Shown piece after piece: positions 38,194-47,403 of a stretch of DNA of 64,000 nucleotides. This DNA comes from a phage. The position numbers and the translations under genes are program-made. The notes under the pieces were generated by a model. It did not search any database. It was not told where the DNA came from and was given only the letters and a program-made list of their open reading frames with translations. Position 1 is the stretch's first letter; the number at the start of each line of letters is the position of its first letter. The stretch is from the NCBI GenBank assembly GCA_032986305.1, contig GCA_032986305.1_3672.1. The stretch is one strand, 5' to 3'.

Positions 38194-38493
38194 ATGTCTA
38201 CAAAGGCGGCTAAATACTCTTACATGCCATCAACCTCTGCAGAGGTAGACTTTAGTTTTGATGTGTTTCCACTGTTCGAGGTGGTTCTGGCATACCCAAC
38301 AATACTATCTACCCCTGAATCACTTGTGCCTGTTAAGTTGCAGAACGCTATGCATTCTATGCATTACAACAATAAATGTAGGCACAGATGGTGTCAGGAC
38401 GAGGAAAAGGATCTGGACAGTTTGAGAGATTTTGACAATCACCTTTTGACACCTTTCAGCTACTCCAACCTTGATAAGCCCTCATGGATATAG
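38194..38493 (+). CDS. hypothetical protein
   Basis: ATG after RBS GAGGTGG. Confidence 0.4.
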   Translation: MSTKAAKYSYMPSTSAEVDFSFDVFPLFEVVLAYPTILSTPESLVPVKLQNAMHSMHYNNKCRHRWCQDEEKDLDSLRDFDNHLLTPFSYSNLDKPSWI

Positions 38494-38517
38494 CAAAATA
38501 TCAAATTTAAGACACCT

Positions 38518-38550
38518 AGGACGCTCTGTGGCGTCCTTTTCTTTATTTAG
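38518..38550 (+). terminator. intrinsic terminator
   Basis: AGGACGC-tctgtg-GCGTCCT then TTTTCTTTATTT. Confidence 0.6.
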
Positions 38551-38706
38551 TGCACGATTGCATACCTTGGACAGATAATCTCATTACAGAGCGTTTAAGA
38601 GCTTCCTGCAAACAACTCCATATTTCGAGCGTAGCGAGAACGCACGTCCGTTTTGACCAAAATCACCATACGCTCGGATTTTAACCAAACCCTCGCGGCG
38701 TTTATG

Positions 38707-38735
38707 TTGACACATTACCGCTCTCGTGATAGTAT
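38707..38735 (+). promoter_or_regulatory. sigma70-like promoter
   Basis: TTGACA - 17 nt - TAGTAT. Confidence 0.5.
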
Positions 38736-38853
38736 CCACACATAGTTTGTAGAATATGGAATACACAATGAAAACATTGTCCGAAGTTTTGGTAGTGATC
38801 CTGATGATCATTACGTCCATAGCAGCTGTTGCCGGAATACTCACGGGTGGAAC

Positions 38854-39066
38854 ATGATCAACACACATGTATCTGAAGAGACATCCAAAGGGGTGACCAT
38901 CTGTCACTTGGCTGAGCCAGTGCAAGAGGAAAACTTCGATTCTGAAGATTCTCCATCTTCGCTACAGGTAGATCCTGAGGCTGATGACCTGACGTGGGAG
39001 GACATCGTAGATATCTGGTTCTCTATTATGCCTGAGCACGAAGAGTTCAGGGGTGGTAGACTATGA
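38854..39066 (+). CDS. hypothetical acidic protein
   Basis: 70 aa; preferred over antisense ORF 38584..38925. Confidence 0.35.
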   Translation: MINTHVSEETSKGVTICHLAEPVQEENFDSEDSPSSLQVDPEADDLTWEDIVDIWFSIMPEHEEFRGGRL

Positions 39067-39187
39067 AGCACCGAGCCCACACAGGTTCCTCATGCTAAAG
39101 CATGGCCTGAAGAGGCAAACGTGCATAATTCCTGTGCATTGGAACGTATGAAACCCTGTTCACACTCTCATTTCCAGAGGAGATTTC

Positions 39188-39403
39188 ATGAAGATAGAAA
39201 TATTTGGTGGAGCTGACAACACTCGTGGCCTGATTTACCTTGAATTCGATGAATCATACCTGCCAGAGGTGTTAAATATAAACTCTGTTGCTGAGGCTTT
39301 GGGAGTAAACCCTAAAGAACTCCACTCTTGTGCTGAGATCGATGGTTGGGAAGAGACCATGAACATTGATTTCAGTGAAGTAGAGGATGAACCGCTGGAC
39401 TGA
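39188..39403 (+). CDS. hypothetical protein (MKIEI small paralog family)
   Basis: MKIEIFGGADNT..., RBS AGAGGAGA. Confidence 0.45.
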   Translation: MKIEIFGGADNTRGLIYLEFDESYLPEVLNINSVAEALGVNPKELHSCAEIDGWEETMNIDFSEVEDEPLD

Positions 39404-40985
39404 CACACAATTAGCTGCCCGGCTAAAGTGCTGGAAGCACCTATAACACATCTTTCAACTAAATTTCCCACCACCACAATCACTTACCTCCCACACATGA
39501 CTGTTTGCTTGTTTAGTGAGCAGTCATGCCTTGACATTCTTGCCTATCCTGATAAAATTAAGTTCTTCTCTTTTCTTTTACCGAGTAATTCGGGTTTTCT
39601 GTTCTCTTCGGTTTGAAGAGGTATGGAGATACACCTGAGTGAACAGGGTGAACAACCGAACCATTGGCTATGGCATTAGCATGGCGAAGCGGACGGGTGA
39701 CGAAAGAGGGGCCGGAGGACACCAGTCACTGCCATATGATATACGGGTGATAACCTGAAGAGTCTGAATAAGTGTTTAAGTACCAGTCAGAGGAAAAGGT
39801 GAATGGTAGCCGAAGGGGGAGGGGGGTTTCTTGTATCTTTAATTTGTATATTATGTATACACTTGTAAACCAATCTCATCTGAATCTGTTTACTACACAA
39901 AGCTGATAGGGACAAATATTACCTATTAAACTTGAATTATTTATAGAAAATACCACAACACAACTTAAGTCTTTGATTTTACACACAAATCCTGCAGATA
40001 TTCACCCTCCATATTTAACATACTTGTAACATATTCCATACTCTACCTACCTGATCAATTTACCCACCAACATCCTCCATATTTTCCCTGTCTGTACCAC
40101 CCCTGCCCCGCCGGGAGTCCCGTCATATCTGGCTTTCCAGCAAATATCACACCCACAAATATCATTGCCTGAAGAGGATTTCATCTCATAATACATGCCT
40201 TGCCTGAAGAGCGCTTCATACACCACGTAAATTTTTTAATTGACCCCCTCCCCGCCGCCGGAGAGGTTGGCTTTTCCCACACAGACCTGAAGAGTCAGCC
40301 AGAAATATCTGAATGGACCCAATTCTGCCCTGTTATGAGCCGTAGCTACTGGAGTGCTGCCAGGCGGACGAAATGGGAATACTTCTCATTCTTATAACAA
40401 TTCTCAAATATCAAGGCAGTGAGTCAAATTAATAGGCGAGGCCGTTCACACAGTGGCACAACATTTGCAACCTATCTTGTGGGGGTGAATGAGAATACCT
40501 ATCATTGTGAGAATAGTTATCATTACGGGCAATTTAACATAATACCCATTATGCGCACCACTGGCGATACATACAGGGATTGATAACATGAGTTACTGTT
40601 TACGCATATAACAATTATATTTCTTACTATTTGTGTGGGATATAGTTAGCAGCCAATAGATTAGATATTGACCTGTAGACTTCCAACCGTCTAGACGTCT
40701 AAACGCCCACACAGCAAGGGTTATACATACACTTCTGAATGTAAACAGGGCCGCAAAAATGCTACCATACCAGTTTGTAAATTTTTCATGCAGCACTTGA
40801 CAAAGAGGAGAAAAACTTGTCTGACACTTTAGACACAATAGTGACATACTATGACACCTTTGACACTTTTGCATACCTGATTGTTTGCATGTCTAATAGT
40901 TTACATGGATAACTGTTCACATACTTATCATTTACATGATTGACTGTTTACACAAATATGATAAGCCATGACATTCGTTTGCATG

Positions 40986-41045
40986 AAAACAATTAACAAG
41001 ATAACAATTGACAAGCTAACAGCCAACAAGCTGACAATTAACAGG
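40986..41045. repeat. four tandem 15-bp iteron-like direct repeats
   Basis: AACAATTAACAAG / ATAACAATTGACAAG / CTAACAGCCAACAAG / CTGACAATTAACAGG. Confidence 0.6.
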
Positions 41046-41056
41046 TTAATAATATA

Positions 41057-41229
41057 TGACATAATATAAAAGCAGGGCAACTATTAGCAGATCTATAGTT
41101 GCCTTGCTTGTTATGTCATGATTAACTAAATACAAGGCAACTATGATCTGATTAATAGTTTGCAGACAAACTATCACGGGGGTGATTGTTACTGCTTTTA
41201 TATTATGTCGCGACTCCGTCGCGACATGT
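41057..41229. repeat. nested inverted repeats (cruciform-capable locus)
   Basis: 19-bp arms TGACATAATATAAAAGCAG and CTGCTTTTATATTATGTCA; inner hairpin GGCAACTAT...ATAGTTGCC; 10-bp palindrome ATGTCGCGAC..GTCGCGACAT. Confidence 0.6.
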
Positions 41230-41854
41230 CATTCGTTTGCATAGTTGCCTTATTGTTACGGATAAAATAATTGTATTGTTAATTATTTCTTATCTTTCTC
41301 TTAGTCATCTAATGATTCCAGTCAGTATAGTAATGTACAGTAAACATTAGACGACTAAATATTTCTCTGATTATAGTAACCTATCGTGACAATTTCGGAC
41401 TGTTTACGAAAAATGTTGACACCTGGGCAGGTTTATGTTATGCAGTTTGTACGAATAATTATTTTATACAGGTATTGACTATTCCGTTATTCTGTGGTTG
41501 GAATAAATACTTTGCAGGCTATAGAATGATGTTCGTACGTGAATTCTGAGATCTGTCGGCTATAGTTACACCCGATTTTTCACGTAGGACACGCTTTTTG
41601 GTTTGTGTAAGTGTATGACTTATAAGGGTTTTTAATTGTTGACAGTATGCTGAAAATGTGCATCAGGTTAAATTTTGTGCAATAGCTGCATTACGTGCGT
41701 TTTTGGAAGGAAAAACGTGTAAAAATGACCCTGCTACCACAAGATGAAAGATTATGCAATAGTTATTTTATATGTATATTTGTACAGTGTGCGGGATTAA
41801 TGGCTCGTCAATTATTCCACTTGCCAGGTAGGGCCGTTTATGGTAGGAAAAGAG

Positions 41855-41883
41855 CAAACAAAAAGAAAGGGGCCTAAGCCCCT
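41855..41883 (-). terminator. intrinsic terminator for leftward gene block
   Basis: AGGGGC-cuaa-GCCCCU hairpin; on minus strand followed by UUCUUUUUGUUUG. Confidence 0.6.
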
Positions 41884-41895
41884 TGATAATGTTTA

Positions 41896-42243
41896 TTATT
41901 TGTTTCTCATCCAGCTTTCCCAAGCTGCCTGATAATCTGCCTCACTGCGGCGGATCTCTTCTTGCTCTTCAAGCCGGATCTCTTCTTCCAGGTACCCCAG
42001 GATATCAGCCTTTTTGGTCTGGCGTAACATCCAATCATCTTTTTTACGAGTAAAGATCTTGTACGCTTTCTCGCAAACCTCCTTTTTACTACCTTTTTGG
42101 ACTTCAATAACTTTGTAGGCCATGTACTGAACTAGTTTGAGCTGATCAAGGCGTTTCATGATGTTTTCCTCTTTATGGGGTTCTGGTTTGGTGGGCCTTT
42201 TGGCCCGTGTCATTATCTTATTACTTACGGCGGCAAAATTCAA
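41896..42243 (-). CDS. hypothetical protein
   Basis: 115 aa, basic/charged. Confidence 0.45.
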   Translation of the reverse strand: MNFAAVSNKIMTRAKRPTKPEPHKEENIMKRLDQLKLVQYMAYKVIEVQKGSKKEVCEKAYKIFTRKKDDWMLRQTKKADILGYLEEEIRLEEQEEIRRSEADYQAAWESWMRNK

Positions 42244-42493
42244 GTGTTTTTAATTGATAATCTTCTTCAGCCTGAAGTACAACCGCTTCAATCATTTCGT
42301 TGGCATTGTTGAAGCCATACCCTTGAGCGAACTCATCCGCGCCACCTTTGTGATCATGTTCTGCGTTCATCGCTTCCACAAAATGGAATTCAAGATTATT
42401 GAGGTAAGGGCTTGATGTTCCGTCCTCTTTTTCGATGAGATCCCAGATAGCATTAAAACGTGATTCAACTTTTTGATTAATCCAGCTTGACAT
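42221..42493 (-). CDS. hypothetical protein
   Basis: 90 aa; own promoter and RBS AGAGGAAA. Confidence 0.45.
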   Translation of the reverse strand: MSSWINQKVESRFNAIWDLIEKEDGTSSPYLNNLEFHFVEAMNAEHDHKGGADEFAQGYGFNNANEMIEAVVLQAEEDYQLKTLEFCRRK

Positions 42494-42547
42494 AATGTTT
42501 TCCTCTCTTCTGGTTGTTGTGTGGGCACTTTTGCCCCTTCAAGATAA

Positions 42548-42576
42548 ATGTTACCTAACCACCTGGCAGATGTCAA
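42548..42576 (-). promoter_or_regulatory. sigma70-like promoter (minus strand)
   Basis: Minus-strand TTGACA - 17 nt - TAACAT, followed by GC hairpin then RBS. Confidence 0.45.
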
Positions 42577-42696
42577 CTGTTTTTATAGTTTTTATATAAC
42601 GGGCACCCCCGGTGATTGTCTCCCCCCCGTCGCCAGGTGCCACCCGTGAGATAAGTATAACAAAAAACAGGACCATTGCAAGCCCTGTTTATTATC

Positions 42697-42831
42697 TTAA
42701 AACCAGTTGCCAACCGTTTCCAATAGATCACTGACTATCAGGACAATACTGATCAGCACATACCTAACCATAAAGGGAAAGATCGCCAACATTGCCGCCA
42801 CGATCCCTATGGTGATAATTATCTTTCTCAT
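42697..42831 (-). CDS. small membrane peptide (44 aa)
   Basis: MRKIIITIGIVAAMLAIFPFMV...; co-oriented, below ORF-track cut-off. Confidence 0.3.
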   Translation of the reverse strand: MRKIIITIGIVAAMLAIFPFMVRYVLISIVLIVSDLLETVGNWF

Positions 42832-42921
42832 GTTTTTGTATTCTCTTTCTGTTGCGTTCAAGGCGGTCACCGCCGCCTGCTTATGCTTTGTTAGTTAATG
42901 GGGCGTACGGTATAGATTAAA

Positions 42922-43146
42922 CTATGCTGTACGCTCAACTATAACAACGGCTTGAGGGATCTCACCTTCCACCACTATCAAGGCTTTTTTCTGCGTGATA
43001 GATATCTTTACCCGCTTCAGCGTGGCGGTAAAATCTTTCATTTCGTCACGTGGTGTTTTAGTGCAATACCAGATCTCAGGCTTACCTATTTGCAAGCCGC
43101 GTAAAAATTCCGTTTTGCCTGTTTTGTTCGTGATCATTTGTTTCAC
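42922..43146 (-). CDS. hypothetical protein
   Basis: 74 aa ORF. Confidence 0.4.
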   Translation of the reverse strand: MKQMITNKTGKTEFLRGLQIGKPEIWYCTKTPRDEMKDFTATLKRVKISITQKKALIVVEGEIPQAVVIVERTA

Positions 43147-43324
43147 CTTACCCGATACCGTGGGGAGATAGGATCATGTTAGCCATAGTTGCAACCACTC
43201 CAACCGATAATGCCATGCCAACTACTACAACCGTGAAAATTTTTTCTAACATGATTCCACCCTCATTAATGGGCGTTGCCTTATTGCCCCGCCCTATGTC
43301 GTACACTTTTCTTCTGATCCTCTG

Positions 43325-43588
43325 TTAGCATACGATAGCGATCACGCCGCCACAAATAAAAGGTAAATCAAAACGGTCTACCTTGCAAGCTATTTTTAAA
43401 CGAAAGGCAACATAAAAGAAAAGTTGCAAACAATCGATCATTGTGTTAGCTGTTGAAACACTGCCAGCATTAAACACCACCCCGCCCACGGCGTTAAACG
43501 TTGCGTTACTCACGAAAGCGAAAAGGCAAGCGATCACGGTGGCGATCATGATGTTGCGTTTTGTCAATCTGTAAATGATGTTTTTCAT
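43325..43588 (-). CDS. small membrane protein
   Basis: 87 aa with hydrophobic segments. Confidence 0.4.
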   Translation of the reverse strand: MKNIIYRLTKRNIMIATVIACLFAFVSNATFNAVGGVVFNAGSVSTANTMIDCLQLFFYVAFRLKIACKVDRFDLPFICGGVIAIVC

Positions 43589-43658
43589 TCTGTCATGTTG
43601 GCGGCATCGCTGCCGCCTTATGTATTATGCTTTGTAAGATGGCTGTTGTCAAACTATT

Positions 43659-43838
43659 TTAACGATAATCATCGTACGCTTTATTAACCTGGCGGATATA
43701 ACATTCAAAAGCCAGATCAATGGATTTATATTCACGGGTATATTCACCATAGGAAACTACATACATTTCTATAGCTTCCTCATATGCGAGGAGAATAGAA
43801 TCCAAGCCTACGATCTCAGTCTTTGCAATAATAGCCAT
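43659..43838 (-). CDS. hypothetical protein (59 aa)
   Basis: MAIIAKTEIVGLD...; N-terminus resembles that of 44203..44487 product. Confidence 0.35.
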   Translation of the reverse strand: MAIIAKTEIVGLDSILLAYEEAIEMYVVSYGEYTREYKSIDLAFECYIRQVNKAYDDYR

Positions 43839-43913
43839 GATTTTTTATCCTCTTTGTGGTTGGTGGGGCTTGTTGCCCCCTTGATTTATATATTACAGTC
43901 TTATATGGTCATG

Positions 43914-44147
43914 TCAACTATTTTCAAAAAATTTTTCTGCTGTGATATTCTTCCCGGTAGGGTTCGCTACTTTCAAAATTTTATCATGCACTGGACGCCC
44001 AAAAGAATAAGCGCCGTACACAGTAAACCAATAATCGCCGTCAGGTTGTACTATTACTGCCGCATATGGTACGCCTTTTTCGTTTTTGCTGACAGAATAG
44101 ATCACGTTGCCATTAATAGCCTCGGCGCGTTTAATTTGTTCCATCAT
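43914..44147 (-). CDS. hypothetical protein
   Basis: 77 aa ORF. Confidence 0.4.
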   Translation of the reverse strand: MMEQIKRAEAINGNVIYSVSKNEKGVPYAAVIVQPDGDYWFTVYGAYSFGRPVHDKILKVANPTGKNITAEKFFENS

Positions 44148-44202
44148 GATGATTTGCCTCTCTTTATTTTCATAATTGGGGGCCTTTTCGGCCCCGCCAG
44201 GT

Positions 44203-44487
44203 TTATTTATTGATAGCGTGCAGCGGGAAAGGTACGCCAGGTTGATAGATAACTTTTACAACCTCATCAGGGCAAAAGAAGTTGCAGAACTCACCGCAAT
44301 AGGCCTCATCCTCTTTCAACTCTTCATCAACATACTCAAAAAAGTAGTCGATGCTTGGATAATCTTGCCCTGGGTTATAGTCAACCATTGTCAGGACTAG
44401 TTCAAGATCGTTGCGTAGGATATGCATACCCGCTTTTAAGTATTTTGCTTCCATTTCTACTACATCGCCAACGGTAACAATAGCCAT
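44203..44487 (-). CDS. hypothetical protein
   Basis: 94 aa acidic, MAIVTVGDVVEM... Confidence 0.4.
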   Translation of the reverse strand: MAIVTVGDVVEMEAKYLKAGMHILRNDLELVLTMVDYNPGQDYPSIDYFFEYVDEELKEDEAYCGEFCNFFCPDEVVKVIYQPGVPFPLHAINK

Positions 44488-44712
44488 GATTTTAACTCCT
44501 ATCTATCCGGTTAATGATTGGGGGCCGCCCCCCTGACACGTCCTATTATCCATATTGTAGGGCTTGATGCAAGTACTTCTTTAAAAATTTTTTAAGCGCC
44601 TTGGGGGCCGCTGTAGCGCCAAAATAATAAAGGCCATGCAACCGCATAGCCTTTATGTGATTATATCGCTGCAGGCCCTGCCATGGGCCTTATTTTGCAT
44701 CATTTGCTGGAA

Positions 44713-45012
44713 TTATTCAGAGAAAACATCGTTCACAATAGCGATCACAATGCCGCCCACCTTGTCACGGTCAACAATGCACAAATCACCATAGATCATG
44801 TGGTAGTCTGGATGATCTTTCACGGAATAGTCAATGAGTGTTTTCTTATCGTCCAGCTTCGTAACTTCCATTCTCATAACGATATGAGAATCATCAAAGG
44901 CATTATTGCGAAAAGTCATAGCCTGACCGCCAGGGCACCCGGTGATCTCCACTTCCACACCGTCTACGATCTGACCATCAAAGAAATAAAGATTATTGGC
45001 GGGTATAAACAT
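44713..45012 (-). CDS. hypothetical protein
   Basis: Start set to downstream ATG because upstream codons AAAGGAG read as the RBS. Confidence 0.4.
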   Translation of the reverse strand: MFIPANNLYFFDGQIVDGVEVEITGCPGGQAMTFRNNAFDDSHIVMRMEVTKLDDKKTLIDYSVKDHPDYHMIYGDLCIVDRDKVGGIVIAIVNDVFSE

Positions 45013-45060
45013 GATCATTACTCCTTTTTGCACTGATTATTTTAACAGGGTTTAAATTTA

Positions 45061-45101
45061 CTTTATTGATGGCCTTGGAGTCAAGGCCATCTAAAAATAA
45101 A
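45061..45101 (-). promoter_or_regulatory. 45-bp repeated promoter/operator element, copy 1
   Basis: Minus strand: AT-rich, GATGGCCTTGACTCCAAGGCCATC palindrome containing TTGACT, then TAAACT; near-identical copies at 48780 and 49371. Confidence 0.5.
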
Positions 45102-45103
45102 TT

Positions 45104-45304
45104 TTACAGGCCTACAATCTCTTTGATTCGTTTTACTGCTGCCTCAGCGCCTTGAGGGTAGAAATTATGATAACCAATCACGCGGGTAATACTGATCGCC
45201 GCTTGGTGGTCCTCGTAGTCGCCTTTGAATATTTCTTGACCATCAACCAGCACAGCAATTTTTTCTTCTTTTTTGAAGTTAATAACGCGGATATTGTTGC
45301 TCAT
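45104..45304 (-). CDS. hypothetical protein
   Basis: 66 aa ORF. Confidence 0.4.
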   Translation of the reverse strand: MSNNIRVINFKKEEKIAVLVDGQEIFKGDYEDHQAAISITRVIGYHNFYPQGAEAAVKRIKEIVGL

Positions 45305-45361
45305 TTTGTTTCTCCTTTGGAACTTTGTCTGTGTGGTGGGGAGTGTCTCCCCGTTGATTGT

Positions 45362-45390
45362 TATTATCCATATTCAGGACCGGATTGCAA
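45362..45390 (-). promoter_or_regulatory. sigma70-like promoter (minus strand)
   Basis: TTGCAA - 17 nt - ATAATA, then hairpin GGGGAGACACTCCCC and RBS. Confidence 0.4.
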
Positions 45391-45589
45391 CACCCCGGAA
45401 GAAAAATTTTTTTGAAAAAAGTTAGGCCCCCAGGGATCGGGGGCCGTTATCAGGTGCGTACAGCGATAAAATACATCCCTACGCCTAACAATATTTCAAG
45501 GGCGATAATCTCCAGCCATACCATAACACGGCGCGCCTTATCGGTGCGGGGCTTATCCTTGGGTGTCATCGTCTCCCCCTTTCCTCCTG

Positions 45590-45811
45590 TTAGTAGTGAC
45601 GTGGTTTACAATGGTCCCCAGGAGTACTATCGCCACGCACATTACGAGAAAAATTATTTCTTCCGTTGTTCGGTCCATTGTTATAAAACCTCTCAAGATC
45701 AGGTCTAAAAGTAAATCTTTCGTTATTGAATCCGTCACGCCAGGCGGCTGGCTTCAAATCTTCACTAAATGGATTAATTAACGTGGCATTATTTAAACGG
45801 TTGGCCCACAT
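45590..45811 (-). CDS. hypothetical Asn-rich protein
   Basis: ATG after RBS GAGGA; 73 aa. Confidence 0.3.
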   Translation of the reverse strand: MWANRLNNATLINPFSEDLKPAAWRDGFNNERFTFRPDLERFYNNGPNNGRNNFSRNVRGDSTPGDHCKPRHY

Positions 45812-46160
45812 ATTTTCTATTCCTCTCAAATAGGCGATCCGCCTCAGTTAAACATATCTCATGGGCGTGATCTCTGGTTTTAGCTTCATCGAAAACCTGT
45901 TGTGCAAGGCTGCAACGTAGGGAGACTGGAAGATCACTATAATAGGCGTTGACAAACGTTTGAGCGTCGTACAGGTCTGAAAATACTTTACCCTTTCTAT
46001 TATTTCCCTTGTCAACAATTGCAAGGATAACCAATACAATAGTTGCAACCACCCCCAGGAAAATAGATATAATAAACCATAAAAAGGCGGATCTCCCCAT
46101 CTTGCCAGCGATCCAGGCGTTAAACAAGGCAACCAATATAGCCAAAATAATAAATTCCAT
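45789..46160 (-). CDS. membrane protein (two TM helices)
   Basis: MEFIILAILVALFNAWIAG...FLWFIISIFLGVVATIVLVILAIV. Confidence 0.45.
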   Translation of the reverse strand: MEFIILAILVALFNAWIAGKMGRSAFLWFIISIFLGVVATIVLVILAIVDKGNNRKGKVFSDLYDAQTFVNAYYSDLPVSLRCSLAQQVFDEAKTRDHAHEICLTEADRLFERNRKYVGQPFK

Positions 46161-46224
46161 TCTATGTACCTCTTTTACAGTTCTGATTAACAATAAGGCG
46201 GCAAATATGCCGCCTGTTACCTGA

Positions 46225-46605
46225 TTAAAAATTATCGCCGTAAATCTTTCCGCTTTCTACCCATACCACCACGCGAGGCATACTATCCCACACGTCTTGT
46301 TTTAGATTGAGCGCGTGCAATTCTTCGGTGGTGCTCATACCGGGCACGGGCTGATTGTATACTGCAAAACGACCGCCTGCATAATCATAGGCCAGGGTTA
46401 AATCACACTGGATCATCTTTTTGATCATGGCATTAAGCATGGCGTTAGCCGCATATTGATCACGTTTTAAAGGCAACTCTTTGATTAGTTTGCGATAGTT
46501 TTCGATATGGTCGCACACTGTTTCACGAGGAAGATCTTTCATATCCTCGCGAAAGGTAACCAGGTTAAACATAACGGTGTCAATGGCCTTGGTAGTGTTT
46601 TTCAT
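46225..46605 (-). CDS. hypothetical protein
   Basis: Start at ATG after RBS AGAGGA. Confidence 0.4.
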   Translation of the reverse strand: MKNTTKAIDTVMFNLVTFREDMKDLPRETVCDHIENYRKLIKELPLKRDQYAANAMLNAMIKKMIQCDLTLAYDYAGGRFAVYNQPVPGMSTTEELHALNLKQDVWDSMPRVVVWVESGKIYGDNF

Positions 46606-46694
46606 AATGTTATCCTCTCTGTTTTGTGTTGGGCAAGTCATCTCGCCCCTTGAGTTTTAATATAGCAGGTTTTTAGATTATTGCAACACTTTAT

Positions 46695-47318
46695 TTATGA
46701 AAAACTCATCTCCCCATATTCATCCACATCAAACCGCCAATCATTGGCTTCAATAAGGCCGATCAGGTTTTCGGTAGTAAACTGTTCAAGATAGGCCCCC
46801 TCCAGGTCTACGTAAACCTTGCGGGATAGCTCCCGTACCGTCTCGGTGATCAGCTCTTCCAGCTCTTCAACTTTATCCTCTTGCTTGGTGGTCAGGTCTA
46901 GCCAATTAGTATCGATGCACCCTCCTATTGTGTTTTCGTGGTGATAATGGCTAAACGGGATACGTTCAACACTAGCTGATAACTCGCCATCGTGCATTGT
47001 GCCGAACAAGTGACGAATTGATCGGAACTTGGTCAGGGCCTTGACTTTACGCAAGAATTTTTCTAAATCCACGTTTTCAGCACTGATTGACGCGCCATCG
47101 CCTTGACACCAAAAGCCGGACCAACGTACTTCGGTATCTTCAAGGCCGTACTCTGGAAAGACATATTCTTTATAGTGTTCAATTACGCTTTCTGCAAAAA
47201 AATTATCCCCGCTGTGTTCTTCTCTTTCGCGTACCATTTCAATGGCTTTTTCTTTTTGTTCGTCGGTCAGCACATCGAAAGATAAATTGTAACCTGTGGT
47301 AATGTTAACGGTGGTCAT
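46695..47318 (-). CDS. hypothetical acidic protein
   Basis: 207 aa, strongly acidic; consensus promoter upstream. Confidence 0.5.
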   Translation of the reverse strand: MTTVNITTGYNLSFDVLTDEQKEKAIEMVREREEHSGDNFFAESVIEHYKEYVFPEYGLEDTEVRWSGFWCQGDGASISAENVDLEKFLRKVKALTKFRSIRHLFGTMHDGELSASVERIPFSHYHHENTIGGCIDTNWLDLTTKQEDKVEELEELITETVRELSRKVYVDLEGAYLEQFTTENLIGLIEANDWRFDVDEYGEMSFS

Positions 47319-47346
47319 GATATTTTCTCCTGTTTTCTTTGTTAGT

Positions 47347-47365
47347 GGCGGGAAGTTTTCCCGCC
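47347..47365 (-). promoter_or_regulatory. 5' UTR stem-loop
   Basis: GGCGGGAA-gtt-TTCCCGCC between promoter and RBS of 46695..47318. Confidence 0.45.
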
Positions 47366-47375
47366 TGTGTGTTTA

Positions 47376-47403
47376 ATTATACTTATTGAGATTTACTTGT
47401 CAA
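47376..47403 (-). promoter_or_regulatory. sigma70 consensus promoter (minus strand)
   Basis: TTGACA - 16 nt - TATAAT; -35 abuts stop of upstream gene. Confidence 0.6.

Noticed and set aside
38584-38925. 113-aa minus-strand ORF
   Set aside because: Antisense to the + strand block; a promoter (38707-38735) and small + strand ORFs fit the region better.
39740-40330. CUGAAGAG resembles the hammerhead ribozyme CUGANGA core
   Set aside because: No adjacent stem II followed by GAAA and no compatible stem I/III pairing could be built by eye around any copy.
39400-41895. tRNA gene cluster in the large non-coding gap
   Set aside because: No GTTCGA-type T-loop or cloverleaf-compatible segments spotted by eye; tRNAscan-SE would be needed to exclude this formally.
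42707-42898. 63-aa + strand ORF
   Set aside because: Antisense in a uniformly leftward block; a 44-aa minus-strand membrane peptide with start and stop in the same region is more plausible.
45553-45738. 61-aa minus-strand ORF
   Set aside because: No RBS and it overlaps two alternative ORFs that do have RBSs (45590..45811 and a 39-aa peptide near 45460-45577).
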